The notes under the pieces are model-generated. The model was not told the DNA's origin and searched no databases. It saw only the letters and a list, made by a program, of their open reading frames with translations. DNA of 64,000 bases from Spirochaetia bacterium (lineage in GTDB: Bacteria > Spirochaetota > Spirochaetia > DSM-2461): NCBI GenBank assembly GCA_963668315.1, contig OY764216.1:2784001-2848000 (forward strand), given 5' to 3'. The stretch's first letter is position 1; the number at the start of each line of letters is the position of its first letter. The position numbers and the translations under genes were made by a program. Below, one piece after another: positions 56,457 to 64,000 of this stretch.

Positions 56457-57704
56457 ATGGAAAAAGTGCTCATAATTGGATCGGGTGGCAGGGAGCATGT
56501 CCTGGCCGCATCCATAGCCCGAAGTGAAAAGGTAGAGGTTGTTTACTGCGCACCGGGAAACGGGGGAACCGCTCTGGAAGAGAAATGCGTGAACATCCCC
56601 TTTGATTCTCTTGAGGGAATGGCGGATTTTGCCGAGGAGAAGAAGATCGATCTGACTATCCCCGGTGCGGAAATCTATCTGTGCGACGGTATCGTTGATC
56701 TTTTTCAGAAAAGGGGATTGAAAATATTCGGTCCTCACAGGGATGCCGCCATGCTGGAAGGATCAAAAGCCCTGGCAAAAGACTTTATGAAGAAGCATAA
56801 TGTGAAAACCGCCGCCTATGAGAAGTTCAGCGCAAGGGATGAGGCGGTTGGATACCTTGAAAGCTGTTCTTATCCACTTGTTGTTAAGGCCGACGGCCTG
56901 GCCGCGGGGAAGGGTGTTATCATCTGCCAGAACAGGGAAGAGGCGGTGACAGCCATAGATCAGATTATGGTGGAGGAAGCCTTTGGTGATGCCGGTTCTC
57001 AGGTCGTTATTGAGGAGTTTCTCCAGGGAAAGGAAGCATCCATACTGGCCCTTTATGACGGTCAAACCATTATTCCTTTTCTTTCCGCCAAGGATCACAA
57101 AAAGATTGGGGAAGGGGAGACCGGCCTGAATACGGGGGGGATGGGCGTCATAGCGCCCAATCCGATTGTAACCGATGACATTAGGGAGCAGTTTGTCCGC
57201 GATATCATGGAACCAACGGTGAAAGGCCTGCAGGCCGAAGAGATGGCCTTTGCCGGCATTATTTTTTTCGGACTGATGATAAACGAAAAAGGCGTCTTTC
57301 TGCTGGAGTATAACATGCGTTTCGGGGATCCCGAAGCCCAGACGGTTCTTCCCATGTTTGACGGGGACTGGTATGATTTTCTTTCCCTTTCCCTGGAAGG
57401 AAGGGCTTCTGATTATCCCGTACGCTGGAAGGAAGGCTGTTCATGCTGTGTGGTAATGGCTTCCGGCGGGTATCCCGAGTCATACGGCAAGGGTTATGAG
57501 ATTACCGGATACAAGAATCTGGACAGCAAGGTGTATATTGCCGGCGCCGAGATGGAAGGTGACAAGCTGAAAACCTCGGGCGGACGGGTTTTAAATGTGG
57601 TCGCCCGGGGGAAAAATCTGGACGAAGCCAGGCAGAAAGCCTATGGGGATGTCAAAAAAATCCATTTTGAAAAAGCTGTCTACAGAACGGATATCGGGCT
57701 TTAA
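56457..57704 (+). CDS. purD: Phosphoribosylamine-glycine ligase
   Basis: IGSGGREH, APGNGG, LEGSK, VKADGLAAGKGV, NTGGMG, EYNMRFGDPE, SGGYP, TSGGRVL, YRTDIG. Confidence 0.96.
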   Translation: MEKVLIIGSGGREHVLAASIARSEKVEVVYCAPGNGGTALEEKCVNIPFDSLEGMADFAEEKKIDLTIPGAEIYLCDGIVDLFQKRGLKIFGPHRDAAMLEGSKALAKDFMKKHNVKTAAYEKFSARDEAVGYLESCSYPLVVKADGLAAGKGVIICQNREEAVTAIDQIMVEEAFGDAGSQVVIEEFLQGKEASILALYDGQTIIPFLSAKDHKKIGEGETGLNTGGMGVIAPNPIVTDDIREQFVRDIMEPTVKGLQAEEMAFAGIIFFGLMINEKGVFLLEYNMRFGDPEAQTVLPMFDGDWYDFLSLSLEGRASDYPVRWKEGCSCCVVMASGGYPESYGKGYEITGYKNLDSKVYIAGAEMEGDKLKTSGGRVLNVVARGKNLDEARQKAYGDVKKIHFEKAVYRTDIGL

Positions 57705-57741
57705 AAATAAAAAGCCGGTTCAATCGAACCGGCTTTATTTT
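57705..57741. terminator. Bidirectional intrinsic terminator
   Basis: AAAGCCGGTTC-AATC-GAACCGGCTTT flanked by A-rich and T-rich tracts. Confidence 0.8.
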
Positions 57742-60073
57742 ATTCTTCCCCTTCTTCGGAAAGAACCTGTCTGTAACGTTCCGGGTCAGCTCGGAAACCG
57801 ACGATTTTATTATCAACCGACGTACGGCTGATGGCGGCAGAAGCCTCTTCAATAAGCTGCTCCTTGTCGAGAAGCCTGCCGTTTCTGGATGTTACGCCTA
57901 TCCGTATATCCCGTTCGGGTTTTTCATTGACAAACACATCAAGTTTTTCCAGGGTTTCCACCAGATCAGAATTGGGGAAAATCATGGCAAAACCCTGGTC
58001 TCCCCACTCAAAAATCATATCCCTATAGGGAAAGTCTTTAGTCAAGTCTTCGGCGAAAGAGCGGTAGTCATCATCATTTTCCACCGTATTATCCCTGAGA
58101 TAGACAAAGCTTATATCTTCATTTTCCCCGGCGGCCCTTTCAATCTCCTGGGGCAGCCTGTCATCAATGAAGTTTTCCCAGCACACCTGTGAACGGGGAG
58201 AGTATAACTGAGGTGACTCATCCATATCAGAAGAATCAGCGGAAGATTCCTTTTCATCATCCAACTCTTCCATAAGACCATCGCTGGCCATAAAATCTTC
58301 AAGATCGGGAAGGTCTTCAATATCCTCGGTATCATCTATTTCAAGGGTTTCTTCGCCAAGGATATCTTCATCGCTCAGCTCTTCAATCAGATCATCCACT
58401 TCATCGGGGAGATCCTCCATTTCTTCATCATCTTCAAGTGACCCATCAAGGGCGTCTGAATCGTTGAATAGATCACCTCCCTCATCAAGTGACATAGAAT
58501 CATCATTGGAGAGGTCGAAGTCCATGGCTTCCAGTTCATCCTCGTCGGAGGATTCTTCGGGAAGGTCGAAGTCCATGGCTTCCAGTTCATCCTCGTCGGA
58601 GGATTCTTCGGGAAGGTCGAAGTCCATGGCTTCCAGTTCATCCTCGTCGGAGGATTCTTCGGGAAGGTAGAAGTCCATGGCTTCCAGCTCATCCTCGTCT
58701 GAGGATTCTTCGGGAAGGTCGAAGTCCATGGCTTCCAGCTCATCCTCGTCTGAGGATTCTTCGGGAAGGTAGAAGTCCATGGCTTCCAGCTCATCCTCGT
58801 CTGAGGATTCTTCGGGAAGGTCGAAGTCCATGGCTTCCAGCTCATCCTCGTCTGAGGATTCTTCGGGAAGGTCGAAGTCCATGGTCTCCAGCTCATCATC
58901 ATCGGAGGATTCTTCGGGAAGGTCGAAGTCCATGTTCTCCAGCTCATCCTCGTCGGAGGATTCTTCGGGAAGGTCGAAGTCCATGTTCTCCAGCTCATCC
59001 TCGTCGGAGGATTCTTCGGGAAGGTCGAAGTCCATGGTCTCCAGCTCATCCTCGTCGGAGGATTCTTCGGGAAGATCGAAGTCCATGGTTTCCAGCTCAT
59101 CCTCGTCGGAAGATTCCTCGGGAAGGTCGAAGTCCATGGTTTCCAGTTCATCATCGGAAGATTCCTCGGGAAGATCGAAGTCCATAGCTCCCAGCTCATC
59201 ATCGGAAGATTCTTCGGGAAGGTCGAAATCCATGGATCCCAGCTCATCATCTTCCTGTGCCATATCGGGTAGCTCAAAGTCTAGGTCGCTTTCCTCTAAG
59301 GAGGACTCGGGCATATCAAAATCCATGCTCCCGAGGTCCTCATCGGGAAGATTCATGTCAAATGAGCTTAGATCGTTATCTTCCTTGTCTTCGGGCAGTG
59401 CGAAATCATCATTTTCCCTTTCTTCCGAAACAAGTGAGCCCTCATTAATCTGCGAAGGATCCGGTGAGGGCGGTTCAAAAAAGTCATCATTCTGTCCCAC
59501 CCCTTTCTTTTTTTCTCTTACCGAAGTGGCGACCAGGAGTATAAGGGTCAAAAGGAAAAGCCCGGAGATGATATATATCGCCATCAGCAGCAGATCGTAA
59601 ATCTGACGGGGTGAAAAAGTTTCATGGAGGTAACTGATTTTCAGACTGGTGCCGTTAAGGGACATAAGAAATGACGCGTCCTGGGCAATTCCAACCGGCG
59701 GTCTATATGTGCCCTCTTCTATCTGTTCCAGAAGAAATAGTTCATTTTTCTGCAGATTGTCCATTAGACGGTTATTTTTACTTTCCAGACGAGTATAAAA
59801 AAGTCTGTTATCATCGGAATAGATGAGAAGCCCTTTTATCTCTGGTCTGCTCTGCAGAAATTCTTCCATATCGCCCTTGAAGGAGTCTGAACCGGGATTG
59901 CCCGTTTCCTTGAGAAGTGACGAAATCCTACTATTAACTTCGGGAAGGTTTTTCCTGAAATCGGCCTGACTATCGCTTGTTCCTGTGAAGAACGTATATC
60001 CTATCCAACCGGCAAGGATAATCAGGATAAGAACTACCAGAAATGAATATGTTGTTACTGCGGACTTCTTCAT
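57740..60073 (-). CDS. Two-TM membrane protein with a long acidic tandem-repeat linker and degenerate GGDEF-like C-terminal domain
   Basis: TM segments near the N-terminus and near aa 160-183; D/E-rich repeats; C-terminus YSPRS...W...DRL..EIERAA...DMIFEWGDQGFAMIFP...IGVTSRNGRL. Confidence 0.75.
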   Translation of the reverse strand: MKKSAVTTYSFLVVLILIILAGWIGYTFFTGTSDSQADFRKNLPEVNSRISSLLKETGNPGSDSFKGDMEEFLQSRPEIKGLLIYSDDNRLFYTRLESKNNRLMDNLQKNELFLLEQIEEGTYRPPVGIAQDASFLMSLNGTSLKISYLHETFSPRQIYDLLLMAIYIISGLFLLTLILLVATSVREKKKGVGQNDDFFEPPSPDPSQINEGSLVSEERENDDFALPEDKEDNDLSSFDMNLPDEDLGSMDFDMPESSLEESDLDFELPDMAQEDDELGSMDFDLPEESSDDELGAMDFDLPEESSDDELETMDFDLPEESSDEDELETMDFDLPEESSDEDELETMDFDLPEESSDEDELENMDFDLPEESSDEDELENMDFDLPEESSDDDELETMDFDLPEESSDEDELEAMDFDLPEESSDEDELEAMDFYLPEESSDEDELEAMDFDLPEESSDEDELEAMDFYLPEESSDEDELEAMDFDLPEESSDEDELEAMDFDLPEESSDEDELEAMDFDLSNDDSMSLDEGGDLFNDSDALDGSLEDDEEMEDLPDEVDDLIEELSDEDILGEETLEIDDTEDIEDLPDLEDFMASDGLMEELDDEKESSADSSDMDESPQLYSPRSQVCWENFIDDRLPQEIERAAGENEDISFVYLRDNTVENDDDYRSFAEDLTKDFPYRDMIFEWGDQGFAMIFPNSDLVETLEKLDVFVNEKPERDIRIGVTSRNGRLLDKEQLIEEASAAISRTSVDNKIVGFRADPERYRQVLSEEGEE
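58511..59242 (-). repeat. Coding tandem repeat: 12 x 51 nt + 2 x 48 nt + one partial unit
   Basis: Unit encodes LE(A/T/N)MDF(D/Y)LPEESSDEDE; units are head-to-tail and near-identical in DNA, with no spacers. Confidence 0.95.
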
Positions 60074-60117
60074 ACTTTATAGTATCGAATGATTTCAAAG
60101 GGAAGTGTATATTTTTT

Positions 60118-61686
60118 TTAAGAATTCCGCGTCTTTATGATCTTCAGGGTATGAAGGAGTGATTTCTGCAGGGCTTTTTCCCCTTCATCATCATAAAAGG
60201 AGTAGCCCAAGGGGATCAGCGTGGGGGATACGGAAGAATTTGAGATGCCCTCTGTCCCCGTTAGGGCATTCAGCTCCTCTGCATATTGATCCAGCAATTC
60301 ATCGGCCCGACAGGGTATCCCCGGGTCGGTAAAGCCCTCTGCCAAGGGGCTCCAATTTACTGTCCATTTTCCCTGACCCTCTTTTTTCATCCGGCCACCC
60401 GTATTCGCGACATAGTCCCCGAGGTTCTTTTCATACTGACGCAGCAGGGGAGAGGTGTAAGTCCCGGTTTCCCGTGATTCAGTAAGAGAACTTCGCTCCA
60501 GAACGAAGTGGAGCAGACTGTTTTCACAGGGACAAAGGCGCCTCCCTCTTATGAGATGCCAGGAATGAAAATAGCTGCCTCGGCAATAGGGTTTTCCTTC
60601 TGGATAGGAAAAATCCGCACCCAGAAGGGTTATCTCATTAATGGAACTGTGTCTGATTAGGGCAAGTGCCGCCTGGGTGACATTTCCACCCGTTTCAATT
60701 TCCCGCAGAGGAAGGCGACCTTTCTTCCTGAGATAACGGCAGAGGGGATGGGGAGAGGAGAACCAGAAAATACGTGACTCCTCAATCCCCGGTGGCAGAG
60801 GAGCCCCCCAATCGGCGAAAACCCGGCAGGAGGAAGGGAGGTCTTTCATAAAATGCAGATAGCCAATGGCCTGGGGATCGATGGTGATAACCCCGTCCGG
60901 GACAATGCCTTTCTCCAGCAGGGCGGGAAGCGCCGTATCCACCGAGAGCAGGAAGGTTCCAGGAGAACGGCGGGATAACCGGGCCATTTCACCCTCCAGT
61001 CCAGGACCGGCAGCCGTGATAACTGCCCTGTCAAATCCCTGGAGCAGATCAGGAGTGAAAGGGGTGCGGCATACCCGGGAGAGGTTAAGAATGATGTGCC
61101 TCTGCCATTGTCTGCCCAGTCTTTTCTGGGTGGAGCAGTCGGAAGATATCTCCCCGAGGATTGATCTGATCATTCTTTCATACGGGGAAAATGTTTCCTT
61201 TTCCCTATAGGCGCGATGGGGAATAACCTGGAGATTCCCGTCTAGAAGAGGGTTATATAGTTCTTTCAGCCATAATGAAAGGGTCTCGTGGTCAGGACGA
61301 CAAAGAAGGTATACATGGCTGTTCGATAAGAGATCGTGAAAATCCAATGCCGTGAGCAGGCTTTTCAGGAGGGACCCATCGGGATCAATTATCAGAATTT
61401 TTGAATCAGCCAGAAAAGGACGGATCTGATAGCCCCCTGCCAGGCCGAAAAAGATTTTCATACCCTTGAGGGGATAAGTTGTTGTAAGCTTTTGCCCCTC
61501 CTTGAGGGGATCGAAAAGGGAGTGCATGGGAAAATCCCGTCCATCCCGGTTAATTCTGGGTACCGGATCGCCGGAACGGGAAAGGGTCACGTTCACCCTG
61601 GCCGAGTCCATGGGATCGGTTATTGAGGGGAACCCGTTAAACCGGTTTCCCGCCGCGTTGAGATTAACCGATAGAAAATCGTTCAA
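60118..61686 (-). CDS. Motility-associated factor (Maf/DUF115, MptE-like) protein
   Basis: MHSLFDPLKEG, FGLAGGY, AAGPGLE, VDTALP.L...GI.PD.VITIDPQ, GGNVT, LGADFSY. TTG start at 61686 chosen for the GGAGG RBS. Confidence 0.78.
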   Translation of the reverse strand: MNDFLSVNLNAAGNRFNGFPSITDPMDSARVNVTLSRSGDPVPRINRDGRDFPMHSLFDPLKEGQKLTTTYPLKGMKIFFGLAGGYQIRPFLADSKILIIDPDGSLLKSLLTALDFHDLLSNSHVYLLCRPDHETLSLWLKELYNPLLDGNLQVIPHRAYREKETFSPYERMIRSILGEISSDCSTQKRLGRQWQRHIILNLSRVCRTPFTPDLLQGFDRAVITAAGPGLEGEMARLSRRSPGTFLLSVDTALPALLEKGIVPDGVITIDPQAIGYLHFMKDLPSSCRVFADWGAPLPPGIEESRIFWFSSPHPLCRYLRKKGRLPLREIETGGNVTQAALALIRHSSINEITLLGADFSYPEGKPYCRGSYFHSWHLIRGRRLCPCENSLLHFVLERSSLTESRETGTYTSPLLRQYEKNLGDYVANTGGRMKKEGQGKWTVNWSPLAEGFTDPGIPCRADELLDQYAEELNALTGTEGISNSSVSPTLIPLGYSFYDDEGEKALQKSLLHTLKIIKTRNS

Positions 61687-63193
61687 CCAGAACCTCCATT
61701 TCCCTGAACTGAGTCTTAATTTTATCTTCGGCAGCCCTGCGGGACCTGTTAATGTCTCTCCCAAGGATAAGTTCTTTTTTCAGCAAGCTGAGTTCTTCCG
61801 ATGCCAGGGTATAGAGGAAGTCTTTGAGATCATCAGTGTCGGGAGAAAGAAACAGGTCCGGATTATTGAAATGTTCTTCCGAAGATTCTGTCCAGGTTCT
61901 GATAACCGATTTCAGTTTCTCCCGGCGCTGCGGCAGGGGAGGGATGGCCAACTCCACCCACTTTTCCTTAAGAGGCTGTCGGCGCTTAAGGGCGGTTATC
62001 TCTTCCAAGCCCTCCACGGGAGGGGTATGGCCGGACAGCCGGTAGAGGGGAATAGGAAAGTCTCGTCCCCGGAACCATGTTCTGTACTGCTCCAGGGCAA
62101 ATCCGAACCTGAGGGAACCCTCCCTGTATGATGTCATCGACGCCGCCCGTTCAAAGTGAACCTGAAGTATTGAGGAAAAACGTCCCGTCCCGGACAGAAG
62201 AAAATTATCGAAACTGTGGGGAGAGGTATGACTCTTTATATCTTTCATGCACAGGTCAAATCCGGCAAATGTGATTGATGAGGCGTCCAGCGCAAGGGAA
62301 AGCTCCAGAGCGGTCAGCGCCACGGAGCCCGTTGTGTTCACCCGGGGAAGATGCCAGTTCTCAAGCAGGGCCTTTTCCAGAAAGGTCTGCTGATTGATAA
62401 CGGGATAGGAGTAAGCCCTTTTCCTGTTATCGGTTCTTCCATTCAAACTGATCCCGACGGGAATATCCGGGGGAAAGTGCCTGAAATGACGGCTGGCCCA
62501 ATAACCCGGATCCGTAGAAAGTATCATATGGGGACGGATGCCGCTGCCCAGCAGTGCTCTGACAGCCGAAGGAAGGGCAATATGGAAATATTCCCGATGA
62601 TGTTTTTCCAACTCCCCCATGTTCTCCTGAAGACTGGGGCCTGAAGCGGAGATAAGTACCGGTCTGCCCGTAACGGCCGGTATACGGGGAGAAGGAGAAC
62701 TCAGATAATTGATGACCGTATTTCTGAAATAGGCCTTGCCGAAACCTTTCACATGGGAATGATTGGCCTGAAGTATTTTTATCACCGAAGAAATTTGACG
62801 CCCGGCCAGTGAAGCCTCTTCGGGGAGAAGCCTGACCGCAGGGGGCCATGGCACATAGGCAAGAGAGTCGATGTCGCTTTCATGGATATGTTCGGCGAGG
62901 AATTTCTTGAGTCCCGAGTCCAGATCTCCTGTCCAGTAGGAGATCCTCTTATCTCCTTTCAGTGCCGGACTGAGTAGATCAAGGGGGGAAATTATCAGAA
63001 TCTTTCCGCGGGGAGTGCGTTCCAGGAGCCTCTCGGCGGCATATCCAAGTCCCGGTTCGAAAAGTATGAAAACCGTTTTATCCCCATAATCTCCCCTGTC
63101 AATGATACGATCAGCTTCCCTGATAGGATTGTAGGGGGAGTGGAGGTAATTTCCTTTGATTTTTACGTTGGGAAAAGACGGGGTTTCCTTCAT
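61664..63193 (-). CDS. Second Maf/DUF115 (MptE-like) protein
   Basis: LHSPYNPIREA, EPGLGY, ASGPSL, GI.P....STDPGYWA, TGSV, AGFDLC. Confidence 0.8.
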   Translation of the reverse strand: MKETPSFPNVKIKGNYLHSPYNPIREADRIIDRGDYGDKTVFILFEPGLGYAAERLLERTPRGKILIISPLDLLSPALKGDKRISYWTGDLDSGLKKFLAEHIHESDIDSLAYVPWPPAVRLLPEEASLAGRQISSVIKILQANHSHVKGFGKAYFRNTVINYLSSPSPRIPAVTGRPVLISASGPSLQENMGELEKHHREYFHIALPSAVRALLGSGIRPHMILSTDPGYWASRHFRHFPPDIPVGISLNGRTDNRKRAYSYPVINQQTFLEKALLENWHLPRVNTTGSVALTALELSLALDASSITFAGFDLCMKDIKSHTSPHSFDNFLLSGTGRFSSILQVHFERAASMTSYREGSLRFGFALEQYRTWFRGRDFPIPLYRLSGHTPPVEGLEEITALKRRQPLKEKWVELAIPPLPQRREKLKSVIRTWTESSEEHFNNPDLFLSPDTDDLKDFLYTLASEELSLLKKELILGRDINRSRRAAEDKIKTQFREMEVLVERFSIG

Positions 63194-64000
63194 TGCGGGG
63201 CTAGAAAACGTTCAAGAACCTTTTTCTCTTCACTGGGATTGTCCAGTCGCTCCATGGGAAGATCCTCCTCCTCAAGCTCATTGCCGAGGAGCTGGCCCAG
63301 ACCGAGAAGGAGCTGTTTTTTCAGCAAGGCTGAACCGGGAAATAGCTCAGAGGGCTGCAATATAAATAATTGGCTGCTGTCATCACGCAAAAGAGTCACC
63401 CTTTCGTTGAAAAAGGAGGAAAAGAGGGAGATAACTTCTTCACGGCAATCATGTCTATCCTTCAGGGGATCCAGAGAAGCGGCCTTATCAATAAGGATAT
63501 CCAAAGAGAGTTTCGTCAGGACTTTACCTTCACCTTCGGTGAGAATTCGCCGCAGTACATCTTCGTGGCCGAGACGGTCTTCTGTATTTTTTTTGCCCGA
63601 TTCATCGGGAAAGAGAGCCTTTTTCAGCTGCTCCATAACCGGTCTATCGTCAAGTACGGTCAGGTTTTCCCTGTTCAGCTTTCTTGTATCGTCCTCATCA
63701 AGCAAAACGATAACCAGGGCGAAGATTTCCTGATCCAGCTGACAGGATAATCCTATCAGAGAACCGGACCGGCCGGTTTCACGGCGGGAGAAATAGTCCT
63801 GATAGAGAGAAGAATCGGTCAACTCGAAAGAGTGGTTTCCCTTAAGCCAGGAGAGTATAATCTTTCTTTCAAAGATCATACGACGTTTCGATGTGACGTC
63901 AAATCCCTTTGTTTCCACCGGCAGGAAGGAATCGGTGTTCTCATGATAAATAAGGAGGGCCGCCTTTTCCGTCTGCCAGTGTTCGATAACCCAGCTCAGG
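63190..64000 (-). CDS. 5'-truncated hypothetical protein (possible degenerate GAF-like region)
   Basis: The frame stays open from 63918 to the window edge (LSWVIEHWQTEKAALLIYHENTDSFLPVETKGFD...); the stop overlaps the next start. Confidence 0.6.
   Translation of the reverse strand, partial: LSWVIEHWQTEKAALLIYHENTDSFLPVETKGFDVTSKRRMIFERKIILSWLKGNHSFELTDSSLYQDYFSRRETGRSGSLIGLSCQLDQEIFALVIVLLDEDDTRKLNRENLTVLDDRPVMEQLKKALFPDESGKKNTEDRLGHEDVLRRILTEGEGKVLTKLSLDILIDKAASLDPLKDRHDCREEVISLFSSFFNERVTLLRDDSSQLFILQPSELFPGSALLKKQLLLGLGQLLGNELEEEDLPMERLDNPSEEKKVLERFLAPQ

Noticed and set aside
58511..59242. Regularly spaced repeats resembling a CRISPR array
   Set aside because: Units are head-to-tail with no unique spacers, have lengths that are multiples of 3, lie in frame within a CDS, and no cas genes are present.
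58387..59600. Alternative-frame ORFs (296 aa WTSTFPKN repeats on minus; 273 aa Ser-rich on plus)
   Set aside because: Stop-free by-products of the tandem repeat; the acidic frame is continuous with the flanking domains.

Overview
A gene-dense bacterial chromosomal window with about 55 CDS and one tRNA-Leu(CAA). It most likely comes from a free-living spirochaete (inference from the XPB helicase pair, tandem Maf/DUF115 genes, a degenerate GGDEF membrane protein and an 'ANGGSE'-type solute-binding protein N-terminus). No CRISPR array, IS element or prophage was seen. Left to right: the tail of a sucrose/fructoside catabolic operon (sucrose phosphorylase, esterase, GH32, GH172/DUF2961, GH13_31, ADP-ribosylglycohydrolase-family protein); a pseudokinase-AAA-GAF-histidine kinase coupled to a PAS-GGDEF cyclase; GH35, amidohydrolase, D-LDH, an MCP; a complete stressosome operon (rsbR-S-T-X) wired to a hybrid kinase and an HD-GYP regulator; a VWA/two-component operon; tmk, aroDE, the XPB pair, tRNA-Leu, nadA, a split Psp system (sigma54 pspA-pspC plus distant pspF), pstS, rsmD, a DUF2089 operon, purD, an acidic tandem-repeat membrane protein and two Maf-like genes. 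The best candidate for a new system is the stressosome variant. Its RsbR has a Cys-cluster PAS sensor, its RsbS lacks the canonical phospho-Ser, and its output kinase begins with a degenerate copy of RsbT. Reading the DNA directly also showed several small ORFs missing from the ORF track, a likely sRNA and repeated leaderless gene starts. All product calls rest on motif recognition, not database searches.
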